Positions 50,728 to 60,577 of a stretch of DNA of 64,000 nt are shown here, in pieces. The stretch is taken from NCBI GenBank assembly GCA_014191035.1, contig BJGX01000001.1, positions 24,187-88,186 of the forward strand, read 5' to 3'. This DNA is from Candidatus Saccharimonadota bacterium. Its GTDB lineage: Bacteria > Patescibacteriota > Saccharimonadia > CAILAD01 > BJGX01. The notes beneath the pieces were generated by a model, which did not search any database, had not been told where the DNA came from, and worked only from the letters and a program-made list of their open reading frames with translations. Every line of letters starts with the position of its first letter. The stretch's first letter is position 1. The translations under genes and the position numbers were made by a program.

Positions 50728-51905
50728 ATATAAAACTTCTAAAGGATTTAGATTATAGAAACAAAAAAGTCTATTTAAGGGTGGACTACAACGTGGTTGA
50801 AAACAGCAAAGTTATTGATGAGTTTAGAATAGAGCAAAGTCTGCCAACAATTAAAGAATTACTCGCCAAGAACTGCTCTTTGATACTCGCAAGCCATAAT
50901 GGGAGGCCAGAAGGTAAGGTAGAAAAAAGCTTAAGTCTAAGGCCGGTCGCTCAAGTTTTAGCAAATTTATTAAAACGCAAAGTTTCCTTTATAGATGATT
51001 GCGTAGGACAAGAAGTCTCTGCTGAAGCAGAAGCACTTAAGCCAGGCGAAATTATGCTCTTAGAAAACTTGAGATTTCATGAAGCAGAGGAAAAGAATAA
51101 TTCATTGTTTGCAAAATCTATGGCTAGGCTGGCTGAGGTCTATGTTGATGATGCATTTGCAAATGCTCATAGAGCCCATGCAAGTATGGTTGGTGTTCCA
51201 AAGTACTTGCCACACGCTGCAGGCCTACTTATGCAAAAAGAATTTGAAACATTAACAGGCCTTCTCAAATCACCACGTAGGCCATTTCTGGCAGTAGTTG
51301 GCGGAGCTAAAATATCAACTAAAATAGAGGTCTTAAAAAGTCTAATTGGTAAGGCGGATATAATTTTTATTGGTGGGGCTATGGCAAACACTTTTTTGCA
51401 GGCCCAGGGCTTTGACGTTGAAAAAAGCTTGACCGAACCAGATCTAATTGACACCGCTAGAGAAATAATTGAATTATCTAAAAATAAAAAAGTTGATTTA
51501 ATATTGCCTACAGATCTTGTGGTAGCAAAAGCAGTAAAGCCAGGCGCCAATAAAAGAACTGTCGAAGTTGGAAAACTAGAAAAAGGGGACATTGCTCTTG
51601 ATATAGGTAAAGAAACAATGAGGAGTTTAATACCTATAATCAAAAAGGCTAAAACAATTTTCTGGAATGGAACTTTGGGTTATGCGGAATTGTCTGATTA
51701 TGCTTTGGCCAGTAAGGACTTAGCATATCTAATGGCATTAAGAAAGGGCAAAGCAGAAACAGTAATTGGTGGAGGCGATACAACTGCTTTTGTAGAAAAA
51801 CTTGGAATGCACAATCGTTATTCATTTGTAAGCACTGGTGGTGGCGCGAGCCTGGAGTTACTTTCTGGAAAGCAACTCCCAGCTTTAGAAGCTTTAAGGA
51901 CCTAG
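50724..51905 (+). CDS. pgk: Phosphoglycerate kinase.
   Basis: RVDYNVV, ASHNGRPEG, hinge motifs. Overlaps the kinase stop (ATGA). Confidence 0.9.
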   Translation: MNIKLLKDLDYRNKKVYLRVDYNVVENSKVIDEFRIEQSLPTIKELLAKNCSLILASHNGRPEGKVEKSLSLRPVAQVLANLLKRKVSFIDDCVGQEVSAEAEALKPGEIMLLENLRFHEAEEKNNSLFAKSMARLAEVYVDDAFANAHRAHASMVGVPKYLPHAAGLLMQKEFETLTGLLKSPRRPFLAVVGGAKISTKIEVLKSLIGKADIIFIGGAMANTFLQAQGFDVEKSLTEPDLIDTAREIIELSKNKKVDLILPTDLVVAKAVKPGANKRTVEVGKLEKGDIALDIGKETMRSLIPIIKKAKTIFWNGTLGYAELSDYALASKDLAYLMALRKGKAETVIGGGDTTAFVEKLGMHNRYSFVSTGGGASLELLSGKQLPALEALRT

Positions 51906-52765
51906 GGTAGGTCGTTCGCTTTTCTTATTCTATAAAGCTCAAATATCATATTAGAACTCTGTATATAGGATGAATTAACCGTGGTTGCATTTTTATAGCC
52001 AGCTTCCGCAACTAGTCTCTTTGTTATTTCGCTGTATTTGCCATATGGGTAAGCAAAGCTATTTATTTTAATTCCTAGTTTTTCTTCAAGTATTCTTTTG
52101 CTTTCGAATATTTCATATCTCTGTACTTTTTCACTTTGAGAACTTAATGAAGTGTGGTCAACTGTATGAGAACCTATCTCTACGAGACCTGAAGAAGCAA
52201 TTGACTTAATTTCATCCCAATTCATATAGGCATCTCCACAGTTATTTGCTTTTTTCTCTACCCCTAAGCACCAGCCACTGTTTCTACTGCCGATTATTAT
52301 ATAGAAAGTAGATTTGAGATTAAGCTTTCTAAGTATTTCAAGAGCTTTTAATTGGTCGCTAAATCCATCATCAAAAGTGATTGCAACGGGCTTGGAGGGT
52401 CCTACTATTTTGCCAGTAATAATTTCTGTTGCTTCATTCATTGTCACCGCAGTGTAACCGCGCTCTATAAGTAATTTCATTTGGCTTTCAAAGTCTTGAG
52501 GTGTTTTATGGTATAAAATAATTGGCAGTTTTATATTTTTACCAGAAACACTATTAACTAAGGTAGTTTCTTTATTTTCAGGTATAACCGATTTTCCTGC
52601 CAGAGCAATTTTGCTAAGAGACTTTTCTTTTTGTTTAGTAAATGATATTCTTGTCGGCTCATAAAAAGATAAGAGGTAAATTAAAATTACGGTAATAATT
52701 AGAATTAGAATAGAAATTGTAATTAAAGTAAATTTTTGAAATCTGTTTAAATCTGATATTTTCAT
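51902..52765 (-). CDS. Polysaccharide deacetylase (NodB domain) with an N-terminal TM anchor.
   Basis: TFDDG and HTVDH motifs. Confidence 0.75.
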   Translation of the reverse strand: MKISDLNRFQKFTLITISILILIITVILIYLLSFYEPTRISFTKQKEKSLSKIALAGKSVIPENKETTLVNSVSGKNIKLPIILYHKTPQDFESQMKLLIERGYTAVTMNEATEIITGKIVGPSKPVAITFDDGFSDQLKALEILRKLNLKSTFYIIIGSRNSGWCLGVEKKANNCGDAYMNWDEIKSIASSGLVEIGSHTVDHTSLSSQSEKVQRYEIFESKRILEEKLGIKINSFAYPYGKYSEITKRLVAEAGYKNATTVNSSYIQSSNMIFELYRIRKANDLP

Positions 52766-52792
52766 TGATGAAATATTATATCAGGAAAAATT

Positions 52793-54493
52793 TTATGTAG
52801 AAATATTAATCGCTGGATTATTGTTTTGCTGGTTGTCGTTTGCAGCCCTCGAGACTGGGTTTAGTTCTGTGGCAGCTTTTTGAAAGCTAGAATTTTCCTG
52901 AACTGGACCTTGGGGGACAATAGGTATCGGATTCTCTGGTGGGTTTATTCTTACATCATTTACGTCTGGAAATTCTTTAGGGGTTAACTGGGCATTCCTA
53001 AGGCTGCCAGCATTTTCGTTGTGGTCTGTTGCCACTTCAATATTATGATTTGTTTGGACCTTACCAGGTTCAGTATTTCCGATTCCGAAGTGTAGGTCTC
53101 TGGAATTGGTTGTTTTAGCTTGAGATATTTCCTTATTAATTTCTGGCCCGGTAGTTGGCTGCGCCTGAGGAGCAGAATGTTGAGAAGGTATCGGGCTGCC
53201 TTCTGTTTTTGTTCTTTCGGGTGCAGGCATGTTCATTTGTTGCTCATCACCTAATTCACCCTGCAATCCACCCAGATCGTTCTGAATGCCTAAGAGCCTA
53301 TTGTATTTAGCAATTCTTTCACCTCTGTTGGGGGCGCCAATTTTTATTCCATCAGCCCCAATTGCATAAGCAAGGTCAACTATAAAGTCATCATTATTTT
53401 CTCCGCTTCGGTGGCTAACAATTATTTTTAAGCTAGATTGCTTTGCAGTCATTATTGCATTTATGACTTCCGACATAGATCCAACTTGGTCGGGCTTGAT
53501 TATCACACCTTCGATAATTTTGTTTTCTGCAAATTCTGTAATTTTTGCAGAGTTCGTAACTGTGAAATCATCACCAATAACCATAAATGAGCCTTTATCC
53601 CTTGGAGTAGTTTTTAGTAGCTCAATTCCCTCTAAATCATCCTCAGCAAAAGGATCTTCGATGGAGTATAGACCAAATTTACTATTCCAGTCTAGGTAGA
53701 CAGCCATTAAATCACTTGCATGAACAGTTTGTCCTTCAAAATTATAATTTTTGCCATCATAGAAGCTGTTGGCAGCAACATCTAGTGCTAAATCAAATTT
53801 CTTTTCAGACTTTTGGCTTAGACCAGCTAAAGCCTCAAGCACTACTTCAGTCCTGGCACCAAGAGGTGCAATCGCACCTTCATCTCCAGAAAGCTTGGCA
53901 GTAGGACCATAAAGACTAGCCATAATTGTTTTTACTGTCTCATAGACCCTAACAATTTCTTCTATCGCTTCATTCGGTTTATTGGATTGAGGAACAATCA
54001 TGAATTCTTGTATGTCCAGGCCTGGAGCGTGCTTTCCTCCACCTACTATGTTTGCAAAAATTCTAGGAAATTCTGGGCTGGTTTTGAGCTTCTCAGCTAT
54101 GTATTGCCAAAGAGGCTTATTGCTTAATTTTGCACTAAGCTTAAAATACGCAACCGAAAGGGCAAGTATGGTGTTTGAGCCAAGGGCTTCTTTGTTTGTG
54201 GTGCCATCTAGTGCGATTAAAAGGCTATCAAAATCTTCTTGGTGGTCTAGAGGGTAGCCAATGAATTTTGGAGCTATTACATTTTTTATTGTCTTTACAT
54301 TTTCATTAACACTCTTTCCGCCGTAGCTGTCTGCTCCGTCAAATTTTTTTACTGCCTCATTTTTACCAACACTCGCGCCTCCTGGAACTACAAAGCTAGC
54401 TGCCTTGCCATTTTCTGCCGTCATTTTAACTTTAACAGTAGGCTCGCCCCTAGAGTTTAATACTTGAGATGGAATTATGCTTTTTATTCCCAT
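52793..54493 (-). CDS. eno: Enolase with a ~145-aa low-complexity C-terminal extension.
   Basis: Enolase N- and C-domains (RGEPTVKV, SHRSGE), then a Q/N/P-rich tail. Confidence 0.85.
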   Translation of the reverse strand: MGIKSIIPSQVLNSRGEPTVKVKMTAENGKAASFVVPGGASVGKNEAVKKFDGADSYGGKSVNENVKTIKNVIAPKFIGYPLDHQEDFDSLLIALDGTTNKEALGSNTILALSVAYFKLSAKLSNKPLWQYIAEKLKTSPEFPRIFANIVGGGKHAPGLDIQEFMIVPQSNKPNEAIEEIVRVYETVKTIMASLYGPTAKLSGDEGAIAPLGARTEVVLEALAGLSQKSEKKFDLALDVAANSFYDGKNYNFEGQTVHASDLMAVYLDWNSKFGLYSIEDPFAEDDLEGIELLKTTPRDKGSFMVIGDDFTVTNSAKITEFAENKIIEGVIIKPDQVGSMSEVINAIMTAKQSSLKIIVSHRSGENNDDFIVDLAYAIGADGIKIGAPNRGERIAKYNRLLGIQNDLGGLQGELGDEQQMNMPAPERTKTEGSPIPSQHSAPQAQPTTGPEINKEISQAKTTNSRDLHFGIGNTEPGKVQTNHNIEVATDHNENAGSLRNAQLTPKEFPDVNDVRINPPENPIPIVPQGPVQENSSFQKAATELNPVSRAANDNQQNNNPAINIST

Positions 54494-54533
54494 AAGATAA
54501 TAAAATTATAGCATAAGCTTAATAATCATAAAA

Positions 54534-55550
54534 CTAAGTCAACTTAATTAGGTTTTGCGGGTGATTTTTAATAAATCCATAAATGTTTTGGGCGGTAGTT
54601 TTTCTAAGAATTGCGAGTGATTCATTTGAGTTAAAGGCATTATGGGGGGACAAAATCACATTGTTCATTTTTGATAGTATATCCACTTCGGCCAGACTAT
54701 ATAGATTATCTTCACCTTTAAACAGCAGCTCTGCTTCAGTATCAATGTCTATAGTTCCCTCTCCCTCGACGCAATCAAGCCCGGCACCCCTAATACGATT
54801 ATTCTTCAGCGCATCTACCAAATCTAATGTATTTACTATTGGACCACGTGCAGTGTTAATAAGAATTGCGTCATCTTTCATCATTTCGAGTGTAGATTTA
54901 TTAATCATGTGCTTAGATGTTGGGTTGAGGGTAGCATGGATAGTTAAAACGTCAGCGCCTTTTAATAGCTCATTTAACGAAACATAACTAAAGCCAATTT
55001 TTTGCGAGGCTTCTTCGTTAGGATAAGGATCATAGGCAATTACATGCATTCCCATTGCAGTCGCAATTTTGGCTACAGAAGTGCCAACTCTTCCTGCTCC
55101 AATAATTCCAAGAGTTTTGCCACTTAATACATTGCCAGTTAGTTTTTTATAGTTAACTCTTCCAGTCTCTACCGAATCCATTACTGCGGGCATCTTATGA
55201 AAAAGCATTAAAATTAACATTATTGCGTATTCAGCCACAGTAGTTTTGCCATAACCAGGTACGTTGCTTACAGCGACGCCCTTATTTTTACAAGCCTTAA
55301 GATCAATATTGTCGTATCCGGTTGCTCTAACTGCAATAAACTTCAGCTTTGGCATATTTGAAATTACCGGTGCGTCTATTTTGCTAGTGTTAAATACACT
55401 GATAATTTCCGCCTCTTTGTATTCATATGCAGGTATTTCTTCAATCGACTTATCAAATATTAACAGCTTAAATTTAGGCCCATGAAAATATCTTTCAAAA
55501 GAAGCCTTTTCTTTTGCTGAAACTTCAAAAAAAGCAATTATCTTTGACAT
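54534..55550 (-). CDS. D-isomer-specific 2-hydroxyacid dehydrogenase (hydroxypyruvate/glycerate dehydrogenase-like).
   Basis: NAD Rossmann GIIGAGRVG; catalytic-domain architecture. Confidence 0.75.
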   Translation of the reverse strand: MSKIIAFFEVSAKEKASFERYFHGPKFKLLIFDKSIEEIPAYEYKEAEIISVFNTSKIDAPVISNMPKLKFIAVRATGYDNIDLKACKNKGVAVSNVPGYGKTTVAEYAIMLILMLFHKMPAVMDSVETGRVNYKKLTGNVLSGKTLGIIGAGRVGTSVAKIATAMGMHVIAYDPYPNEEASQKIGFSYVSLNELLKGADVLTIHATLNPTSKHMINKSTLEMMKDDAILINTARGPIVNTLDLVDALKNNRIRGAGLDCVEGEGTIDIDTEAELLFKGEDNLYSLAEVDILSKMNNVILSPHNAFNSNESLAILRKTTAQNIYGFIKNHPQNLIKLT

Positions 55551-55555
55551 AAGAA

Positions 55556-56812
55556 TTATCCTTCCCTCAATACTACAATAAAATCAGATACATTTGCAGT
55601 AATTTTATTAATATTGAAAACGCCATTTATAGATTTTAAAGTCTTATAGCTTTGGTTGTCTTCTACGGCCTCAGTTGCATTATTATTTTTTAACTTCAAA
55701 CTTTCTGTATCTGTGATTGCTCCTGCGATGTCTATATTGTCTTTGCCGTCACTAGCGGCCGATACTATTGCTGATCGAGGTTTTAAAAATGGCAACGCAG
55801 ACAATGACAAGTCTTGATTTCTACCGCCCTTGCCGGGTTTTTTTACAATTACAGTAGTTTCACCGCAAGCCAATAGTGCTTGGCCTTTTTTTACTGAACC
55901 AGCCATTTTGGGTCCAATTTCGCACGCAAGACCGCTTAAGTTGTCAGAGTATATTACTGGATTGTAGCCAATTTCCTTGGCTTTTTTACTCATTGCTTCG
56001 AGCGTGGTAGAACCTGAGGCTAGGATAACTTTATTAACTTTTTTAAAATATTTATCGTCTTTTGGGGTTTCAGATAGCTTTATATTTAATAGATTAAATT
56101 TATTAGCAATTTCCTTGGCCTGTTTTAAGCTAGACCTATCTTTGCTTATAGGACCTGATGCGACAATATCGATATCATTTCCTGGCACGTCTGAAATTAC
56201 TAGCCCTAGCACGGATGCAGGGTAGGCGTATTTTGCCATGTTGCCACCATGTATGCTGCTAATATGTTTACGAACAATATTTAGCTCTTGAATAGTGGCA
56301 CCATTTTTTAGCATATGATTGCTCACAGTTCTAAGGTCTGTGCATGTGTTGTTTTTGGCAGGCAGGCAAGCTAAGGAGCTTCCGCCTCCGCAAACAATTG
56401 CAATAACTAGATCTTTTGCTTTTGCCTCCCTAAGAGTTTTGATAAGTTTTTTTGTGGCTAAAATATTTCTTTCGGAAGGCAGGGGGTGTGTGCCTGCAAA
56501 TACTTTTATTTTTTTTAATTTTCGATGTTTCAAATCTATTGCTACACCGGCTTTAATGGTTTCTGGCCCTATTAAACTTTCAAGTTTTTGTGCAATCAGC
56601 CCGCTTCCTTTTCCAATTGCAACAACAAATATATTTTTAAACTTCTTAAAATCATATTTTTTATTCTCAATGCTTAAAATATTTTGCTCGAAAGATAGGT
56701 CTTTTCCAATCAGGCTAGCTATACTTATGGACTCATATCCAGCCTCGACGATGTCTAGGGCATCTTTTCGTATCTTGTTGGTTGCAAGCTTATCGAGCTT
56801 TTTTATAATCAT
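55556..56812 (-). CDS. Glycerate kinase (MOFRL/TtuD family). The track ORF extends to 56860 with a TTG start; the Met at 56812 is preferred.
   Basis: DUF4147 plus MOFRL domain pattern. Confidence 0.55.
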   Translation of the reverse strand: MIIKKLDKLATNKIRKDALDIVEAGYESISIASLIGKDLSFEQNILSIENKKYDFKKFKNIFVVAIGKGSGLIAQKLESLIGPETIKAGVAIDLKHRKLKKIKVFAGTHPLPSERNILATKKLIKTLREAKAKDLVIAIVCGGGSSLACLPAKNNTCTDLRTVSNHMLKNGATIQELNIVRKHISSIHGGNMAKYAYPASVLGLVISDVPGNDIDIVASGPISKDRSSLKQAKEIANKFNLLNIKLSETPKDDKYFKKVNKVILASGSTTLEAMSKKAKEIGYNPVIYSDNLSGLACEIGPKMAGSVKKGQALLACGETTVIVKKPGKGGRNQDLSLSALPFLKPRSAIVSAASDGKDNIDIAGAITDTESLKLKNNNATEAVEDNQSYKTLKSINGVFNINKITANVSDFIVVLREG

Positions 56813-56854
56813 AAGAGTATTGTAGCACTTAGCAGTTAATGAATATATTTTGCT

Positions 56855-56891
56855 AAACAAAAAACAGTTGGTGATCCCAAGGGGATTCGAA
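56855..56891. repeat. 37-bp direct repeat, copy A (14-nt flank plus 23-nt pseudo-3' end of tRNA-Glu).
   Basis: Identical to 56952-56988. Confidence 0.9.
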
Positions 56892-56951
56892 GCTTCGATT
56901 GTAAGTATGAAAACTCTAGATTGTGAGTCCTAAGGACAGCAGATTTTTCAC

Positions 56952-56988
56952 AAACAAAAAACAGTTGGTGATCCCAAGGGGATTCGAA
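56952..56988. repeat. 37-bp direct repeat, copy B (overlaps the genuine tRNA-Glu 3' end).
   Basis: Identical to 56855-56891. Confidence 0.9.
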
Positions 56989-57040
56989 CCCCTGTTGCCA
57001 GGATGAAAACCTGGTGTCCTAACCCCTAGACGATGGGACC
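56966..57040 (-). tRNA. tRNA-Glu (TTC).
   Basis: Acceptor ggtccca/tgggatc, loop uuUUCau, T-loop ttcgaat, CCA. Confidence 0.85.
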
Positions 57041-57168
57041 ATCAACTGTTTTCTTATAAAATAACCATACAATTCTAACATATTTATGCTGTTGTTTCAA
57101 CCTGTAAATTGGACATGATAGGCGAAAGAGTGTATAAATTATAAGCATTAGAGAATTATGGGGGAATT

Positions 57169-57606
57169 ATGACAAACATTCAGCCAACAATGGAAAATTT
57201 TAATCAATCATCAAAAGAGACTTTAGATTTGCGGCCAGAAGGCCATGAGGCTGCTACGCAAGCTGCACAAGCTGAAAAACAAAAATTACTCGCTCAGCAG
57301 GCAGCAGCTTCAAGCAATCTTCCGAAAGGAATGGACATCAAGCAATCACCCACCTCAAAAGGCTTTAATCAGGTGCCGGGAATTAACAGTCAAGCGACTG
57401 GAGAAGCAAATGTCTTTAGGCTTAGTCCGAGTGAATTAGAAAATCCACCAGACCAAGCTCAGTCCGAAGCGGCTCCACAAACTCAAGTAATACAAACTGA
57501 TCAGGCATCTACAGACACTCAGGCAATGCCTAGTCAAAATGAAGCTGTTATTACTCCACCAGCAAAGAAGCCCGGATTTTTTGGTAAACTATTTGGTAAA
57601 AAGTAA
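57169..57606 (+). CDS. Low-complexity Q/A/S/P-rich hypothetical protein (likely disordered).
   Basis: ORF with RBS; compositionally biased. Confidence 0.4.
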   Translation: MTNIQPTMENFNQSSKETLDLRPEGHEAATQAAQAEKQKLLAQQAAASSNLPKGMDIKQSPTSKGFNQVPGINSQATGEANVFRLSPSELENPPDQAQSEAAPQTQVIQTDQASTDTQAMPSQNEAVITPPAKKPGFFGKLFGKK

Positions 57607-57673
57607 TAAATTAATTCAATAGAATTATCTTCAAACCTTTTACGTATGAGTAAAAAGCATTACAATTATACTT

Positions 57674-59209
57674 ATGCCTCATGAAGAAATAGACGCCCGA
57701 AAATATAAAAAAACTAAGATAATCGCGACTATTGGGCCTGCTAGCCAGGAAAAAATAGATTTGCTTTTAAAATCTGGCGTTAACGGTATTAGATTAAACT
57801 TTAGCCACAATACTCATAAGTGGCATTGCGATATAGCAGAAAAAGTCAGAAAAGAAGCCAAAAAGCTAGATCGCTCCGTTGCAATAATACAAGATTTGCC
57901 TGGTCCAAAGATAAGACTTGGCAAACTTCCGACCGGAGGAATTGAAATAAAAGCCGGGCAGACATTAAGGTTTAAGCACGGCGAAAATTTGTCTTCCGAA
58001 ATGCTTCCTATTCAGCACGATTTTTCTAAGCAAGTAAAAAAGGGAGAGCGGCTATTTTTGCGTGATGGTCAAATTCAGACCGAAATTATATCTATCAATA
58101 GTGGGGTTATAAGCTCTAAGGCTTTGAATTCGGGAAAGATTATGAGTGATCACGGTATTAATTTGCCGGACACAATATTCAAAGATGGAGTTTTAAGTGA
58201 AAAGGATAAGAAGGATTTAACAGTAACCAATAAACTGGATGCAGATTATGTGGCCGTGAGTTTTATTAATACTCCTCAGGATATTTATGACGTTCGTAAT
58301 CAACTTTCTAAACACAAAGCAAATGCAAAAATTATCGCCAAAATAGAAACCAAGGCAGCAGTAGAAAATTTAGAAGAAATTATAAAAGCAACCGACGCAG
58401 TGATGATTGCTAGAGGAGACTTGGCAATTGAAGTGGGCCCAGAGCAAGTTCCGATTATTGGGAGAGAAATTATTTTGCTTGGTCGTAAATATCGCAAGCC
58501 AGTAATTATGGCTACGCAAATGATGGAAAGTATGATGACCAGCACAACTCCTAGCAGGGCCGAAGCTAACGACGTTGCAACTGCTGTAAGTTTAGGGGTT
58601 GATAGCTTGATGCTTTCTGGAGAATCGGCAATTGGCCAATTCCCTGTTGAGACTGTGCAGATGATGAAAAAAATTATTTTAAGTGCAGAACAGTACTTTA
58701 TTAATACTTCAGTAGCCGTTCAGCTTACTCAACAGGATGAAGATATAATTTCTGTTAATGAAAATGAGGGACCCGGATTAGTCGATAAGCTTGATCAAAA
58801 AACACGCCTGGTGTTTTCTCGCCAACCAAAATTATCACCTAATATTTCCTCAGAGGCGGCCCAAACAAGTATTAGTTTTGCAGCAATAACTCTTGCAGAC
58901 CAGCTTAAAGCTAAGGTTATATTGGCTGAGACGGCCACCGGCTCTACCGCATTAAGTATTGCAAGCTTAAGGCCTAATTGCCCAATCATTATTGCTAGCC
59001 CTGATCCAAAAGTTTGTAATCAGTGCTCTATAATTTGGGGAGGTAAAACGTTTTTAGTTTCTAAGAGTAAGAACCGAAAAGCTGCAATAATAAATAAGTT
59101 GAAAGATAGAAAAAGTATCTCCGCTGGTGATTGGGTGGTCGAGGCCTATGGCCAAAACCGAGACGTTGCAGGCGGAACAGATACAATAAGATTGATAGAG
59201 GTGGTATGA
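57674..59209 (+). CDS. pyk: Pyruvate kinase.
   Basis: KIIATIGPAS, RLNFSHN, MIARGDLAIE. Confidence 0.9.
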   Translation: MPHEEIDARKYKKTKIIATIGPASQEKIDLLLKSGVNGIRLNFSHNTHKWHCDIAEKVRKEAKKLDRSVAIIQDLPGPKIRLGKLPTGGIEIKAGQTLRFKHGENLSSEMLPIQHDFSKQVKKGERLFLRDGQIQTEIISINSGVISSKALNSGKIMSDHGINLPDTIFKDGVLSEKDKKDLTVTNKLDADYVAVSFINTPQDIYDVRNQLSKHKANAKIIAKIETKAAVENLEEIIKATDAVMIARGDLAIEVGPEQVPIIGREIILLGRKYRKPVIMATQMMESMMTSTTPSRAEANDVATAVSLGVDSLMLSGESAIGQFPVETVQMMKKIILSAEQYFINTSVAVQLTQQDEDIISVNENEGPGLVDKLDQKTRLVFSRQPKLSPNISSEAAQTSISFAAITLADQLKAKVILAETATGSTALSIASLRPNCPIIIASPDPKVCNQCSIIWGGKTFLVSKSKNRKAAIINKLKDRKSISAGDWVVEAYGQNRDVAGGTDTIRLIEVV

Positions 59210-59946
59210 AAAATTTAATTGTTGGTAATTGGAAAATGAACTTAACTATAGGGCAATCACTTTTATTGAGCGAGAGGCTAAAAAATAATCTAAAAAACCC
59301 AACCTCTGACATTGTAGTTTGCCCTAATTATGTAAGCCTTGCTGCTGTATCCATAGATCTAAAGGATTCCATAATAAAGGTCGGAGCTCAAAATATTAAT
59401 GCAAACGACGAAAGGGCTTACACTGGCGAGGTAAGTGGCCCGATGCTAAAGGGCATTGCCAAGTATGTTATTGTGGGGCATTCAGAAAGACGAATTCATT
59501 TCGGAGAAACAAACAAGACAGTTGCACTGAAAGTTGCGGCTGCTGTGAGAAATAAGCTCACGCCTATTTTGTGTGTTGGAGAAAATCTGCACCAACGTAA
59601 TGAAGGTCTTGCGGGTAGAACCGTTACTGACCAGCTAGAAGAAAACCTGTCTGAACTTACTCATAAAGAAATTTCTAAAATAGTGATTGCTTATGAGCCA
59701 GTTTGGGCTATAGGTACAGGAGAAAACGCCGAGCCATTTGAGGTTGAAAAAATGATAAAAACAATCAGACGATTTCTAATTAATAAATATAAAGCAAAAA
59801 TAGTAGTAAGCATTAAGCTTCTGTATGGGGGCAGTGTAAATAGTGATAACGCAAATGCATATCTCTCAATCGATAATTGCAACGGGTTATTGGTTGGCGG
59901 AGCTAGCCTAAATTATCGGCAATTTACTAAGATTTGCCAGTTATAA
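59206..59946 (+). CDS. tpiA: Triosephosphate isomerase. Start ATG at 59206 overlaps the pyk stop; the track ORF from 59131 is over-extended.
   Basis: VGNWKMN, VGHSERR, AYEPVWAIGTG. Confidence 0.9.
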   Translation: MKNLIVGNWKMNLTIGQSLLLSERLKNNLKNPTSDIVVCPNYVSLAAVSIDLKDSIIKVGAQNINANDERAYTGEVSGPMLKGIAKYVIVGHSERRIHFGETNKTVALKVAAAVRNKLTPILCVGENLHQRNEGLAGRTVTDQLEENLSELTHKEISKIVIAYEPVWAIGTGENAEPFEVEKMIKTIRRFLINKYKAKIVVSIKLLYGGSVNSDNANAYLSIDNCNGLLVGGASLNYRQFTKICQL

Positions 59947-59987
59947 TCTGTAGGGTTTATAATTAGAGCATTAATTAAGGAGAAATA

Positions 59988-60512
59988 ATGACTGAACTTA
60001 GTTATGGCGAAAAATCGCCAGAAGTTGTGAATTTAGTAATCGAAATTCGTAAAGGCGAAAAGAACAAATACGAATTCGATAAAGAAACGGGTAGATTGTT
60101 TCTGGATCGCGTAAATGGAACTACACTTGGGTACCCTAGTGACTACGGCTACGTTCCAGATACAATGTGCGAGGATGGTGACCCGCTAGACGGCCTATTA
60201 ATAATTGACGAGTCTGTACCGCATGGAACAGTTGTGCCCGCAAGACCAATTGGTGTTTTGTATATGATTGATGATGGCGAAAGGGACGAAAAGCTAATTT
60301 GTGTTCCTGCAGATGATGTGAGCAAAGATCATATTAAAGACCTGAGCGATTTAGGAGAAAACTTTCAAAAAGTAGTGGAACATTTTTATACACACTATAA
60401 AGACTGGAAAAAGAATTGGACTGGAAGCCCAGTAAGCTTTGATGGTTGGGGAGATTCTAAGGCCGCCAAGAAGGTAGTGCTAGATAGTATCGAGCTAGCT
60501 AAGAAAAAATAA
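59988..60512 (+). CDS. ppa: Inorganic pyrophosphatase (family I).
   Basis: DYGYVPDT...DGDPLD signature. Confidence 0.9.
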   Translation: MTELSYGEKSPEVVNLVIEIRKGEKNKYEFDKETGRLFLDRVNGTTLGYPSDYGYVPDTMCEDGDPLDGLLIIDESVPHGTVVPARPIGVLYMIDDGERDEKLICVPADDVSKDHIKDLSDLGENFQKVVEHFYTHYKDWKKNWTGSPVSFDGWGDSKAAKKVVLDSIELAKKK

Positions 60513-60532
60513 ATTGTTATTAAATGTTAAAA

Positions 60533-60570
60533 CCCCGCTAACACTTCACGACGTTGTGAAGTGCGCGGGG
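60533..60570. terminator. Long GC-rich hairpin (ccccgc...cacttcac-gacgtt-gtgaagtg...gcgggg) at the left edge of the high-GC island. Terminator for the minus-strand gene.
   Basis: Nested perfect stems; T-run on the minus strand. Confidence 0.6.
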
Positions 60571-60577
60571 CTTGATG

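Noticed and set aside
56869-56951. Possible second tRNA-Glu gene at the first repeat copy.
   Set aside because: Only the 3' 23 nt match; upstream sequence cannot form acceptor, D or anticodon stems. Treated as a pseudo-fragment/att scar.
59131-59205. 5' extension of the tpiA ORF from 59131.
   Set aside because: It overlaps the pyk C-terminus in another frame. The canonical TPI N-terminus MKNLIVGNWKMN starts at 59206 with an ATGA overlap.
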